Part shown: piece by piece, positions 26,647 to 35,098 of the stretch | How the letters are laid out: every line of letters begins with the position of its first letter | How positions within the stretch are numbered: position 1 is the first letter of the stretch | Assembly: GCA_036299165.1 (NCBI GenBank) | Contig: JAXJHR010000061.1 | Span: 997-64,996 of the forward strand | DNA from: Collinsella aerofaciens | GTDB lineage: Bacteria; Actinomycetota; Coriobacteriia; Coriobacteriales; Coriobacteriaceae | DNA: 64,000 nucleotides | Direction of reading: 5' to 3' | Position numbers and translations under genes: made by a program | Notes under the pieces: generated by a model | What the model was told of the DNA's origin: nothing | Seen by the model: the letters and a program-made list of their open reading frames with translations, nothing else | Database searches by the model: none

Positions 26647-27757
26647 GCCATATAACTCGATCGCGAATGTACGCGCCCAGCATGGGCACGGTAAACCGGA
26701 CGAGGCCGTATCCGGCAGCCTCGATGACGCGCTCGCGAATCAGGCTTGCGCGATATTTGCTCGCCCAGCTTTGGGTGCGATCGCAACGCTCAATGATATC
26801 CGCCATGCGAGTCGGTTTGCCCCCGTCAGCCGCCATGGCCTCGATAAAGAGGCGCTGCGGACTGTGCAGCCCGTAATACAGAGGCGCGTCAACCGCTTCG
26901 TAGAACTCGGAGACGGCATCCGCGTGCCCAGCCTCAACATCGCGCTCTTCAATGACCCGCGAGTCACGCCGGACAGCAGAGCGCCACATGTAATATCCCA
27001 CCAGCTGAACCATATAGGGATGCCCCATGCTCTTGCGCGCCGCGAGGTCTGCCGTCTCCGCATCAACGTAAAGACCAGCGTCTTTGACCGTCTGGATATA
27101 CGAATCGCGCACTTTGGGCAAAGAAATCGCCCCCAGCGTACGCTGCTGAGCACGCCGCAAAAACGTCACGCTCGGCTCTTCGAGCAAGTCATCAACCATA
27201 CTGGGTAAGCCGGCGAACACCAGCGCAAGACCGCGCTGGTCGCTATCGGACAAGCCCGTGGCATCTTGATCTCCGAGCACTTGCTGATAGAGAACGGCAA
27301 GAGCCGCCAGCTCCTCGATAGACGCAGATTGGGCCTCGTCAATCGCAAACAGTAAGCCCTTTCCCGGCCCGAGTTTCTTGAGGCGCTCGTTGACCAGCCC
27401 TCGCAACGTTTCGCCCTTTGCTCGCGCCGCCTCGACCGACATCCGGCCAAACGACGGCCCAAACTCCATTGACGTCACAACGGGTTTATTCGAGCGAAGC
27501 GCGTCGGCCAAGCGGTCGCATAAGCCAAGCGAGGCGGAATCGGAGACAACCGCCCATCCGCGCTCGTTGGCGAGACGTTGCAGTTCCCGCAGGAGAACCG
27601 TCTTGCCACAGCCGCGGTTTCCCGTAATGAGCATGAGCCTACCCGGCGCTCCGGCGCCGTTATCGAGCCCTTCCTCAAAATCTTCGATGACCGACTCGCG
27701 ACCGATGAGTATCGGAGGCCGCTTGCCAGCCGTGGGCTTAAAGGGGTTTGGATTCAT
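26639..27757 (-). CDS. AAA+ ATPase (Orc1/Cdc6- or STAND-like) with C-terminal winged-helix region
   Basis: Walker A GNRGCGKT and Walker B LLFAIDEAQ. N-terminal NPFKPTAGKRPPILIGRE is typical of this ATP-binding-protein family. GAGGAGG RBS. Confidence 0.7.
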   Translation of the reverse strand: MNPNPFKPTAGKRPPILIGRESVIEDFEEGLDNGAGAPGRLMLITGNRGCGKTVLLRELQRLANERGWAVVSDSASLGLCDRLADALRSNKPVVTSMEFGPSFGRMSVEAARAKGETLRGLVNERLKKLGPGKGLLFAIDEAQSASIEELAALAVLYQQVLGDQDATGLSDSDQRGLALVFAGLPSMVDDLLEEPSVTFLRRAQQRTLGAISLPKVRDSYIQTVKDAGLYVDAETADLAARKSMGHPYMVQLVGYYMWRSAVRRDSRVIEERDVEAGHADAVSEFYEAVDAPLYYGLHSPQRLFIEAMAADGGKPTRMADIIERCDRTQSWASKYRASLIRERVIEAAGYGLVRFTVPMLGAYIRDRVIWHE

Positions 27758-27790
27758 GTCGGCCTCCTCGGATTGGCAAACCCCGGTAAT

Positions 27791-27821
27791 AGTTATACCA
27801 ACTTGTACCGAGTTATACCAA
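27791..27821 (-). promoter_or_regulatory. 11-bp direct repeat / candidate promoter of the AAA+-uvrA-like operon
   Basis: On the minus strand TTGGTATAACT occurs twice, 20 bp apart. It can be read as -35 TTGGTA, 18 nt, -10 TATAAC. Confidence 0.3.
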
Positions 27822-27827
27822 TAGCAT

Positions 27828-27856
27828 ATGACAAAGGGGCTGTCCCTTTGTTACAT
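27828..27856. repeat. GACAAAGGG..CCCTTTGT palindrome family, degenerate copy
   Basis: ATGACAAAGGGGCTGTCCCTTTGTTACAT overlaps the stop codon of the TetM-like gene. Confidence 0.8.
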
Positions 27857-29854
27857 GTGGCCGAAAAACTCCGCGTCTGCTGCTCGCCAGGGGCGAAAGG
27901 TGGCGGGATCGACCTTTACGTGCGCTGCGGCGGGGACGTCGCACCATTTGACCGTGTAACCGGCGCCGTGAGAGCAAAAGACCGAATCGGGCGTGTTGGG
28001 CAGATCGGCCTCTGGCTCATAGGCGGCAGTCTCGATAACGCGCTCGGCATCATGACAAGCCGCATAGCCGGCGAACTCCAGGTACAGATGTCCGCGACCG
28101 CTCGTGTAGGCAGCCACCTCCAGCGCGTAATCCTGCACCTCAGATGCCGGCACGCGACCCACAAGCTTCGCCCGGTCCCCCGCCATCGCCGGCGGCTCGT
28201 ACTCGGCACCCATGCGCGTGGCATCCGAGAGCGCCCGGCCCACGCACTCCCCCGGCACCTCGAGCTCAAAGCGATACCACGGCTCCAACAGCACCGCCGC
28301 GCCGGCTTCACGCGCCTGCATGAGCCCCTGGCGAATCGCGCGGTACGTGGCCTGGCGAAAATCGCCGCCCTCGGTGTGTTTGGCATGCGCGCGACCACCT
28401 GTGAGCGTAATGCGCGCATCGGTGATGGGCGAGCCGGTCAGCACGCCCAGGTGATCGCGCTCCATAGCGTTGGTGAGCGCCAAACGCTGCCAGTTAAGAT
28501 CGAGCTCGTCGGTCGAGGTCACGGTGCCAAACTGCACGCCCGAGCCCGCCGACAACGGCTCCAAGCGCAGATGTACCTCGGCATAGTGGCGCAGCGGCTC
28601 AAAGTGGCCCACGCCCTCGACCGGCTGCGAAATGGTCTCCTTATAGAGGATGCCGCCGGGCTCAAACTCGACCGCAAGGCCAAAACGATCGGCCAGCACG
28701 CGCTGCACGACCTCGAGCTGCACCGCTCCCATGAGCTGCAGATGTATTTGTTCAAGATGCGTGTTCCAGCTTACACCGAGCATGGGATCTTCGTCCGCCA
28801 ACTCAGTCAGCGCTTTGAACACCGCGTGGACATCGTGTTCGCCCGGAAGCACCGTATAGGTGAGGACCGGCGCAATGACGGGCGTATCGCCCGCGAGCTC
28901 CGCGCCCAGGGCATCACCCGGGCGAACGTGCGCAAGACCCGTCACGGTGCAGATGCCGCCAGCGGCAACTTCCTGGGCAAGCTCGTATTTCTCGCCGTTA
29001 TAGATGCGCACCTGGTCGATCTTTTGCTCCCACGCCTCGGCGCCGGAACGTCCGTTAATCAGCTGTTTGGCATGCAGCGTGCCGCCGGTCACTTTAACCC
29101 ATGCCAAGCGCTCGCCGCGATCCCCGCGGCTCACACGGTAGACGCGCGCGGCAAACTCCGGGTGCCATGCCCGTTCACGCATCAGTGCGCATATACCATC
29201 CAGCAGCTCGTCCACGCCCTGGTCCTTGAGCGCCGAGCCGGCAAAACAGGGAAAGAGCTTGCGCTCGGCAACCATGCGCGACAGCGTTGCGACGGAAAGC
29301 TCACCCGCTTCAAGAAACTCCTCGAGCGCCGCCTCGTCCAACGCAGCAGCGTCCTCCTGAACGGCACCGCCCGCCAGCAGTTCGTTGGCATCCAGGCAGC
29401 CTTCGGAAAGACGCTGCCCAAGCTGTGCCAGCAAAACATCGCGGCCGGGATTCTCCAAATCGATTTTGTTGATATAGATGAACGTCGGAATGTCATAGCG
29501 CGCAAGCAGGCGCCACAGGGTTTCGGTGTGCCCTTGCACGCCATCGTTGGCGCCCACAACCAAAATCGCATAGTCGAGTGCGCGCAGCGTGCGCTCCGCC
29601 TCGGCAGAAAAATCGACATGCCCCGGCGCATCCACGAGCATGACGTGGGTATCGCCATGGTCGAGCACGGCCTGCGACGAGAAGATCGTAATGCCGCGCT
29701 CGCGCTCGATCGCGTTAGTGTCCAGATGCGAATCGCCATCGTCCACGCGGCCGCGCTTGCGAATGCGACCCGCGTTGAACAGCATGGCCTCGGCCAACGT
29801 GGTCTTGCCGGCATCGACATGCGCCAAGATTCCAACGACCGCTTGCTTCGACAT
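27851..29854 (-). CDS. translation-factor GTPase, Tet(M)/Tet(O) ribosomal-protection / EF-G-like family
   Basis: MSKQAVVGILAHVDAGKTTL, DAPGHVDF, INKID, five-domain length (667 aa). AAGAGGAGAG RBS before the ATG at 29854. A resistance function is not demonstrable from sequence. Confidence 0.8.
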   Translation of the reverse strand: MSKQAVVGILAHVDAGKTTLAEAMLFNAGRIRKRGRVDDGDSHLDTNAIERERGITIFSSQAVLDHGDTHVMLVDAPGHVDFSAEAERTLRALDYAILVVGANDGVQGHTETLWRLLARYDIPTFIYINKIDLENPGRDVLLAQLGQRLSEGCLDANELLAGGAVQEDAAALDEAALEEFLEAGELSVATLSRMVAERKLFPCFAGSALKDQGVDELLDGICALMRERAWHPEFAARVYRVSRGDRGERLAWVKVTGGTLHAKQLINGRSGAEAWEQKIDQVRIYNGEKYELAQEVAAGGICTVTGLAHVRPGDALGAELAGDTPVIAPVLTYTVLPGEHDVHAVFKALTELADEDPMLGVSWNTHLEQIHLQLMGAVQLEVVQRVLADRFGLAVEFEPGGILYKETISQPVEGVGHFEPLRHYAEVHLRLEPLSAGSGVQFGTVTSTDELDLNWQRLALTNAMERDHLGVLTGSPITDARITLTGGRAHAKHTEGGDFRQATYRAIRQGLMQAREAGAAVLLEPWYRFELEVPGECVGRALSDATRMGAEYEPPAMAGDRAKLVGRVPASEVQDYALEVAAYTSGRGHLYLEFAGYAACHDAERVIETAAYEPEADLPNTPDSVFCSHGAGYTVKWCDVPAAAHVKVDPATFRPWRAADAEFFGHM

Positions 29855-30041
29855 GGCTCTCCTCTTATTACAAGCCCATCGCACGCGGCAACGGGCGTTC
29901 ACGCTCCACACTGGATGATACAATTTACGGGCCGGCGGGCGAAGCGGGCCCTATCCCCCGACCGAGCTCATCGCCCTGCGTTGCCGCGCGGCGATTTTCG
30001 TAGGTTCGCGCCTTGCGAAAGCCGGCTTGCAAAACAGCGCA

Positions 30042-30081
30042 GCGAACGAAAATAACCCCACCCGGGGCCATTTTCGTTCGC
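30042..30081 (-). terminator. stem-loop after the GNAT gene
   Basis: GCGAACGAAAAT ... ATTTTCGTTCGC (12-bp perfect stem). The minus strand continues TGCGCTGTTTT. Confidence 0.55.
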
Positions 30082-30108
30082 GCGAATTGTTGATACGCGC
30101 CCTCGATC

Positions 30109-30597
30109 TTATGCCTCGCGCAGCCAGTCAAACGCAACACGCGGTGTGCCGTCCGACACATACACGATGCCGGCGCGCTCAAATCCGGCCTTGAGGCTCG
30201 CACCCTGCATGGGTAGGTTGTCCCGGTGCGTATCGATGCGCAGGTGATCGGCGCGCTCCTTGGCAAAGGCAAACATCGCGGCCGCGATACCGTGCACGGT
30301 GCCGTCGGATGCCACGCGGTGCAGCACGGCGTATGGAGCGTCGCTACGCCATTGACCGTCCTCAATTACGTCATAGCACTCGTCCGGACCCGGTAAAAAG
30401 GCAAACGTCGCCACCACGCGGCCGTCGACTTCGCACACGTAACTGCCACCGGCAGCGATATCGGCAGACAGCTGCTCGGCAGAAGGCGTGCCCTCGGGCC
30501 ACTGCGTGGCGTTGCCATGCGCGCGCATAAAGGCGCGGGCCGCGTCATAGATAGCCATGACGGCGGGAATGTCGGTATCGAGGGTTTTTCTGATCAT
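30109..30597 (-). CDS. GNAT-family N-acetyltransferase
   Basis: ~160 aa with a typical GNAT layout (VVATFAF..., HRVAS..., GIAAAMFAFAKE, acceptor-site loop). ATG at 30597; the alternative GTG is at 30600. Confidence 0.75.
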   Translation of the reverse strand: MIRKTLDTDIPAVMAIYDAARAFMRAHGNATQWPEGTPSAEQLSADIAAGGSYVCEVDGRVVATFAFLPGPDECYDVIEDGQWRSDAPYAVLHRVASDGTVHGIAAAMFAFAKERADHLRIDTHRDNLPMQGASLKAGFERAGIVYVSDGTPRVAFDWLREA

Positions 30598-30674
30598 CAC
30601 GCGGCGACCTCACGTTTATTGGTATCACTTTGGTTGAGCAATGATACCAGCGTTTGGAGAGAGGCGCTAAACAG

Positions 30675-30971
30675 ATGGGAAGCAAAAAGCGAGCCGCCTG
30701 GTCAAAGGCCAAAAGCGAGTTTTTGGGCGCTGCTACCGGCGGCGATATGAGCGACCTGTTTGCGCGCGAGGACGAGCGCCGCGACGCCCTAGACGCCGAG
30801 CGCGATGAAGCCTGGCGTTACAAGTCGTGCGAACGCAAAAACCGTTACGACACACGCGCCGAGGCCGAGGCAGTTATGGCCGACTGCGAAAACCGCGGGC
30901 GGCGTGGTTTGGCCTGCTACAAATGTGAATACTGCGGCGGCTGGCACCTGACGTCGCACCCTTGGAAATAG
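30675..30971 (+). CDS. small hypothetical protein with C-terminal zinc-ribbon-like motif
   Basis: GGAGAGAGG RBS. The C-terminus reads CYKCEYCGGWHLTSHPWK, preceded by CERKNRY...ADCENRG. Confidence 0.5.
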   Translation: MGSKKRAAWSKAKSEFLGAATGGDMSDLFAREDERRDALDAERDEAWRYKSCERKNRYDTRAEAEAVMADCENRGRRGLACYKCEYCGGWHLTSHPWK

Positions 30972-31019
30972 AGACCGCATCGGCACGGCACTAGCGAAGC
31001 CCCGGTAATCGCACGCAAG

Positions 31020-31724
31020 CTACGGGCGCGGCGGCACCAAAACATCGTAACGAACGGCCTTGCCCGCAAGTTGATAGCTCGGCTTAACGCCGGCAAGCAG
31101 CGGGCCCTTCACCGGCCGCTTGATAACGACCTTGCGCGGGTGCACCGCAAGCGCGGCTTCGACCAGCGTCTCCTCATCAGTACATGGCCGTTCCAGATGG
31201 TGCAAGAGTTGGAGCTTCTTTTTGACCGCCGCACTTTTGGTGCGCTCGGGAAACATGGGGTCCAGATACACCACGTCGGGAGCCGCGAGCTCGCCCTGCT
31301 CGATCAGCTCAGCTGTATGGCGAAGGCCGGCAATGCTGTCCTCGCCCGCATGAAGGCGCATGCGAGCCACGGCAGCCGCAAGCGCCGGATCATCTGCCGC
31401 GCGATCCAGGGCATCCTTGAGGAGCGCCGCGATCACGCAATCCTGCTCATACAGATCGACGGTAAAGCCCGCGGCCGCCAACAGCAGCGAATCCTCGCCA
31501 AAGCCTGCCGTGGCATCAATCGCCCATGGGCGCTCGATGCCTTTTACGCGCGCAGCCTTTACCAGCAGCTCTTGCTGCAGACGGCCTTGCTTGAGTCGTG
31601 GCAGCATGCGGGTAAAATCGGCACGCAGCTCCATCGTGCCGTCGGTGAGCGTGAGGCCCTCGGACTTCCCGATCAGCTCAAGCCCCGCGGCCCGAGCAAC
31701 AGAAAAGGGATCGACGACGCCCAT
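31020..31724 (-). CDS. rsmJ: 16S rRNA (guanine1516-N2)-methyltransferase RsmJ-like
   Basis: IDATAGFGEDS (SAM motif), VYLDPMFP and KRPVK motifs. AAGGAG RBS. Confidence 0.75.
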   Translation of the reverse strand: MGVVDPFSVARAAGLELIGKSEGLTLTDGTMELRADFTRMLPRLKQGRLQQELLVKAARVKGIERPWAIDATAGFGEDSLLLAAAGFTVDLYEQDCVIAALLKDALDRAADDPALAAAVARMRLHAGEDSIAGLRHTAELIEQGELAAPDVVYLDPMFPERTKSAAVKKKLQLLHHLERPCTDEETLVEAALAVHPRKVVIKRPVKGPLLAGVKPSYQLAGKAVRYDVLVPPRP

Positions 31725-31787
31725 GGGTACTCCTTAATAAGCAAAACGAATACGTGAGCGCCGTTTGTGTCGGCACCCCACCGCCCG

Positions 31788-31931
31788 CTATTGTCCCACA
31801 TGCGTCATGGCCCACAGCATCCCAATGCAAAGCACCGCCATCAATCCCGTGCACACAGCAGCGATCACGGAATCACTCATGCGCCTTCCCAACGTCCGCG
31901 CTTCACGTACCTGCTCTGCTCCGTACATCAT
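31788..31931 (-). CDS. candidate 47-aa membrane peptide (below the ORF-track cutoff)
   Basis: GGAGGAGCC precedes the ATG. Translates MMYGAEQVREARTLGRRMSDSVIAAVCTGLMAVLCIGMLWAMTHVGQ, with one predicted TM segment. Lies 63 nt upstream of rsmJ on the same strand. Confidence 0.3.
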   Translation of the reverse strand: MMYGAEQVREARTLGRRMSDSVIAAVCTGLMAVLCIGMLWAMTHVGQ

Positions 31932-32159
31932 GGCTCCTCCTTCGGTCCAACTCTTACCATGGCCCCATCATCGCAGCGCCGCGCATACGCTGCCATCGAT
32001 TTGGCTTACACCCAGCTTTCCTTTTTGAAAGGTTGGACCGTACAGGCAAGAGACGCTTTCAGACGCATGCATCGCCCCGTTGAACTACAATGTGCTTCAC
32101 GATATGTGCCGCAACCTGGGTGCGACAGATTCTCCGCGCCCGCATCGAAAGGACCAGCT

Positions 32160-32561
32160 ATGAGCGCCGCTCGCAAGACACTCAAAATCCTTGCCCTGAT
32201 TTATTTTGTTCTGGGCATCGCCAGTCTCGTCATTGGAATCGCCGGTATCGCGACCGGCAAGCTCGAGTCCACCTACGGATCGAACGCCATGCTCGCCGCG
32301 GTCGTGCTTGTCGCCAAGGGCGTTGTCGATCTTGCCGCAGGCGTTGCGGGCATCAAGGGTGCCAACAAGCCTTCGCAGGTGGATGGCGCGTTTAAGCTCG
32401 GTATCGTTGCCGCGGTCGCCACGCTCGTCCAGGCCGTGCTCACGCTTCCCGCGCTCGGCGGCAGCTCCGTCAATATCGTCGCCTTTGTCATCGTGGTGTA
32501 CGACCTGTTCTTTGTTCAGCAGGCACACGCCGTTAAGGCCGAGAACAAGGACCGCCTGTAA
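32160..32561 (+). CDS. hypothetical small membrane protein
   Basis: MSAARKTLKILALIYFVLGIASLVIGIAG..., 133 aa with 4 hydrophobic segments. The ORF-track ORF begins earlier but lacks support there. Confidence 0.55.
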   Translation: MSAARKTLKILALIYFVLGIASLVIGIAGIATGKLESTYGSNAMLAAVVLVAKGVVDLAAGVAGIKGANKPSQVDGAFKLGIVAAVATLVQAVLTLPALGGSSVNIVAFVIVVYDLFFVQQAHAVKAENKDRL

Positions 32562-32597
32562 GCGCTCGCTTCTCATAACCTCTGCAGCCAAGCAACT

Positions 32598-32637
32598 AAA
32601 AAGGGCCGATCGCGCATCTCCGCGGTCGGCCCTTTAC
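32598..32637. terminator. stem-loop terminator in the convergent spacer
   Basis: AAGGGCCGATCGCG ... CGCGGTCGGCCCTT (14-bp stem, 1 mismatch), flanked by A/T runs. Confidence 0.6.
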
Positions 32638-32642
32638 GTTTG

Positions 32643-32688
32643 CCCAGATAAAACCTACCAAAATAAACCTGTCCCTTTTTGGTAGGTT
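32643..32688. repeat. second copy of the CCAAAATAAACCTGTCCCTTTTTGG hairpin element
   Basis: AACCTACCAAAA-taaacctgtccct-TTTTGGTAGGTT. The loop is identical to the copy at 15797-15833 and the stem differs by two compensated pairs. Overlaps the rlmA stop. Confidence 0.85.
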
Positions 32689-33499
32689 AGTGGCGGTACT
32701 CGGCGATGATGAAGTCGATGTCGGTTTGAAGGGTGTCCAAGTTTGCCAGGCGCTCTTTGTCGGCAGGGCGCGTGCGGTAGTAGTACGGCGTCATCTGGAA
32801 CACCGCCTCGATGTCTGCCTGAGTCTGGAGCGTAATGTTCGCAGACACCCGCTGCGTTCCGACTAACTCGAGCTCGGTGGTCTTCGGCAGCTTCTCATCG
32901 TTAAGGTACGGCGTGTCGTAGAGCACCTCTTTGAGCCCAAAGAGATGACGAGCACCCGGTACCACGGTATAGAGTGAACCCTCTGGCGCCAGCACGCGGG
33001 CAAACTCGCGCTCGTTAAAGGGAGCAAAGAGTTCGGTCACCATATCGAAGGCGCCATCGGCCACGGGAATGTCCTTCATGTTGGCTACGAAGTAGGTCGC
33101 ATCGCCGCGCTTGGCGGCCAGGCGCACCATCTCTTTGCCCAGGTCAAAACCGTAAGCATCCACGCCCGGCACCGCGCCCATGGCGCTCGTGTAATACCCC
33201 TCGCCGCAGCAAATATCGAGCAGCGTCATGGGGCCGTTCGCAGATGCTGCACGCCCAGACACCCGCTCGCGCACGAGCTCGACCATCGCATCGCGCAACG
33301 GCGCATAGTAACCACGGTTCAAAAAGTCACGACGGCTGCGTGCCTGCGACTTGGGATCACCCATGGAGTCGCCGCTCTTGGACGAGCGCAGTAGATATAG
33401 ATAGCCCTCGCGAGCACGGTCAAACCGGTGTCCGCCCGCGCATGCAGCACCGCGCTCATTGTCCACCAAAGGCTCATGGCAAACGGGACACAACAACAT
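32687..33499 (-). CDS. rlmA: 23S rRNA (guanine745-N1)-methyltransferase RlmA-like
   Basis: N-terminal Zn motif LLCPVCHEPL...C..GHRFD, followed by LDICCGEGYY (SAM). AAGGAG RBS. Confidence 0.8.
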   Translation of the reverse strand: MLLCPVCHEPLVDNERGAACAGGHRFDRAREGYLYLLRSSKSGDSMGDPKSQARSRRDFLNRGYYAPLRDAMVELVRERVSGRAASANGPMTLLDICCGEGYYTSAMGAVPGVDAYGFDLGKEMVRLAAKRGDATYFVANMKDIPVADGAFDMVTELFAPFNEREFARVLAPEGSLYTVVPGARHLFGLKEVLYDTPYLNDEKLPKTTELELVGTQRVSANITLQTQADIEAVFQMTPYYYRTRPADKERLANLDTLQTDIDFIIAEYRH

Positions 33500-33555
33500 G
33501 GCAACTCCTTAGCGCGAACAACACAACGCCCACCATTGTCGCACGCCTTCCCCAC

Positions 33556-33647
33556 CTAGTCATTGGGGACGTTCTTGAATGACTAGTTAGAAGAGATAAG
33601 GAGTGTCCCCAGCTGCCGACAGAAAAGGAACGTCCCTAAGTGCCGAC
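33556..33647. repeat. TAGTCATTGGGGACGTTCTT repeat family, locus A
   Basis: CTAGTCATTGGGGACGTTCTTGAATGACTAG (33556-33586) plus two degenerate inverted copies (AAGGAGTGTCCCCAGCTG, AAGGAACGTCCCTAAGTG). Confidence 0.8.
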
Positions 33648-33715
33648 TGGTTGCATTAGGAGTATCATCGTCTGCGCAAATAAGCACGAAATAGCATGTT
33701 AGAGATTGAGAGCGT

Positions 33716-35098
33716 ATGGCTGATACCGTATCTAAGCACATTGACATGACCACCGGCTCGCTGTGGCGAAATATTCCCCTGTTCGCCTTCCCCGTGGCCG
33801 CCACGAGCATCTTGGAGCAGCTGTCGAACCTCATCGCCACGGTCATCATCGGTAACTTCTCGGGCGACCAGGGGACCCTCGCCATGGCGGCGGTCGGCTC
33901 CAATGTTCCGCTTACCAGCCTTATGCTCAACCTGTTTATTGGTATGTCGCTTGGCTCCAACGTGGTCATCGCCAACGCTATCGGCCGCAACGATCAGAAC
34001 ATGGTCAAGCGCGCCGTCCATACCTCGATTTTAATGGCGCTCGTGGGCTTTGTCGTCATCGCGCTGGGCGAGATCTTTGCTGAGCCCATGCTCGCCGCCC
34101 TCAACGTTCCCTCCGAAACCATGCCACTCGCTTCGCTCTACCTGCGCGTCTTTTTGCTCAGCCTGCCCTCAATCTTGCTCTACAACTTTGAGGCCGCGAT
34201 CTTCCGCTCCGTCGGCATCACCCGCATGCCGCTGCAGGCGCTTGCCGTGTCCACCGTCCTCAACATTGGCCTGGACCTCATCTTTGTCCCCGTACTCCAC
34301 TGGGGCGTCGCGGGCGTCGCCATCGCCACCGCCATCGCCTACACCGTCAGCGCCGCTACGCTCTTTATCCGCCTGCTCAAGACCGACTCCGTCGTCCGCG
34401 TCACCCCACGCGACCTGGCTATCGACCCCGTCGCCCTCAAGCGCATCGTCAAGATCGGACTGCCCGCCGGCATCCAAAGCGCTGTCTTTGCCGTCGCCAA
34501 CATCATCATCCAGTCCGCCATCAACAGCCTGGGCACCGAGGTCATGGCGGCATCGAGCGCCGCCATGAGCCTGGAGTACGTGTGCTACAACCTGCTCAAC
34601 AGTTTTAGCCAGGCTTGCACCACCTTTGTGGGACAAAACCACGGTGCTCGCCAGATCGACCGCTGCACCAAAACGCTCAAGGTCTGCCTGGTCGAAGGCG
34701 GTATCGTTGCCCTCACCACGATTATCGTTATTGTCGGCCTGGGGCGCGAAATCTTGTCGCTCTTTAACAGCGATCCCAACATCGTCTCGATCGGCTATAT
34801 CCGCGTGTGTTCGATCTTCCCGGCGTACGCCTTTAGCATGTTCTACGAAAACATGTCAGGCTACCTGCGCGGCTTTGGTATCTCGCTCACGCCCGCCCTC
34901 ATCACCATGATCTGCGTCTGCGGCATCCGCTTCTATTGGGTGTTCTGCGTGTTCCCGCACTTCCGCACCTTTGCGAACATTATGATGGTCTACCCCATCA
35001 GCCTGGGCACCACGGCGTTCTTTATGGTCGTGGCGGTGCTACTTTGCCACCCGGCACGCACCTATCGCGCCACCCAAGCCAGAGCGACAGCCCGCTAA
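33716..35098 (+). CDS. MATE-family efflux transporter
   Basis: 460 aa with 12 TM segments and a MATE-type N-terminus (DMTTGSLWRNIPLFAFPVAATSILEQL). Confidence 0.9.
   Translation: MADTVSKHIDMTTGSLWRNIPLFAFPVAATSILEQLSNLIATVIIGNFSGDQGTLAMAAVGSNVPLTSLMLNLFIGMSLGSNVVIANAIGRNDQNMVKRAVHTSILMALVGFVVIALGEIFAEPMLAALNVPSETMPLASLYLRVFLLSLPSILLYNFEAAIFRSVGITRMPLQALAVSTVLNIGLDLIFVPVLHWGVAGVAIATAIAYTVSAATLFIRLLKTDSVVRVTPRDLAIDPVALKRIVKIGLPAGIQSAVFAVANIIIQSAINSLGTEVMAASSAAMSLEYVCYNLLNSFSQACTTFVGQNHGARQIDRCTKTLKVCLVEGGIVALTTIIVIVGLGREILSLFNSDPNIVSIGYIRVCSIFPAYAFSMFYENMSGYLRGFGISLTPALITMICVCGIRFYWVFCVFPHFRTFANIMMVYPISLGTTAFFMVVAVLLCHPARTYRATQARATAR

Noticed and set aside
29855-30041. Leader-peptide attenuator for the TetM-like gene.
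   Set aside because: Complementary segments exist (see the finding), but I found no convincing leader ORF with an RBS and no terminator with a U-tract immediately before the gene. I keep it only as a weak possibility.
27578-30055. 825-aa plus-strand ORF. Similar long antisense ORFs occur at 2511-3740, 7016-8113, 15974-17293, 22159-23457, 36177-37262, 37848-39350 and 39531-41120.
   Set aside because: All lie opposite strongly motif-supported genes and have the low-complexity R/A/G/H-rich composition typical of GC-rich shadow frames.
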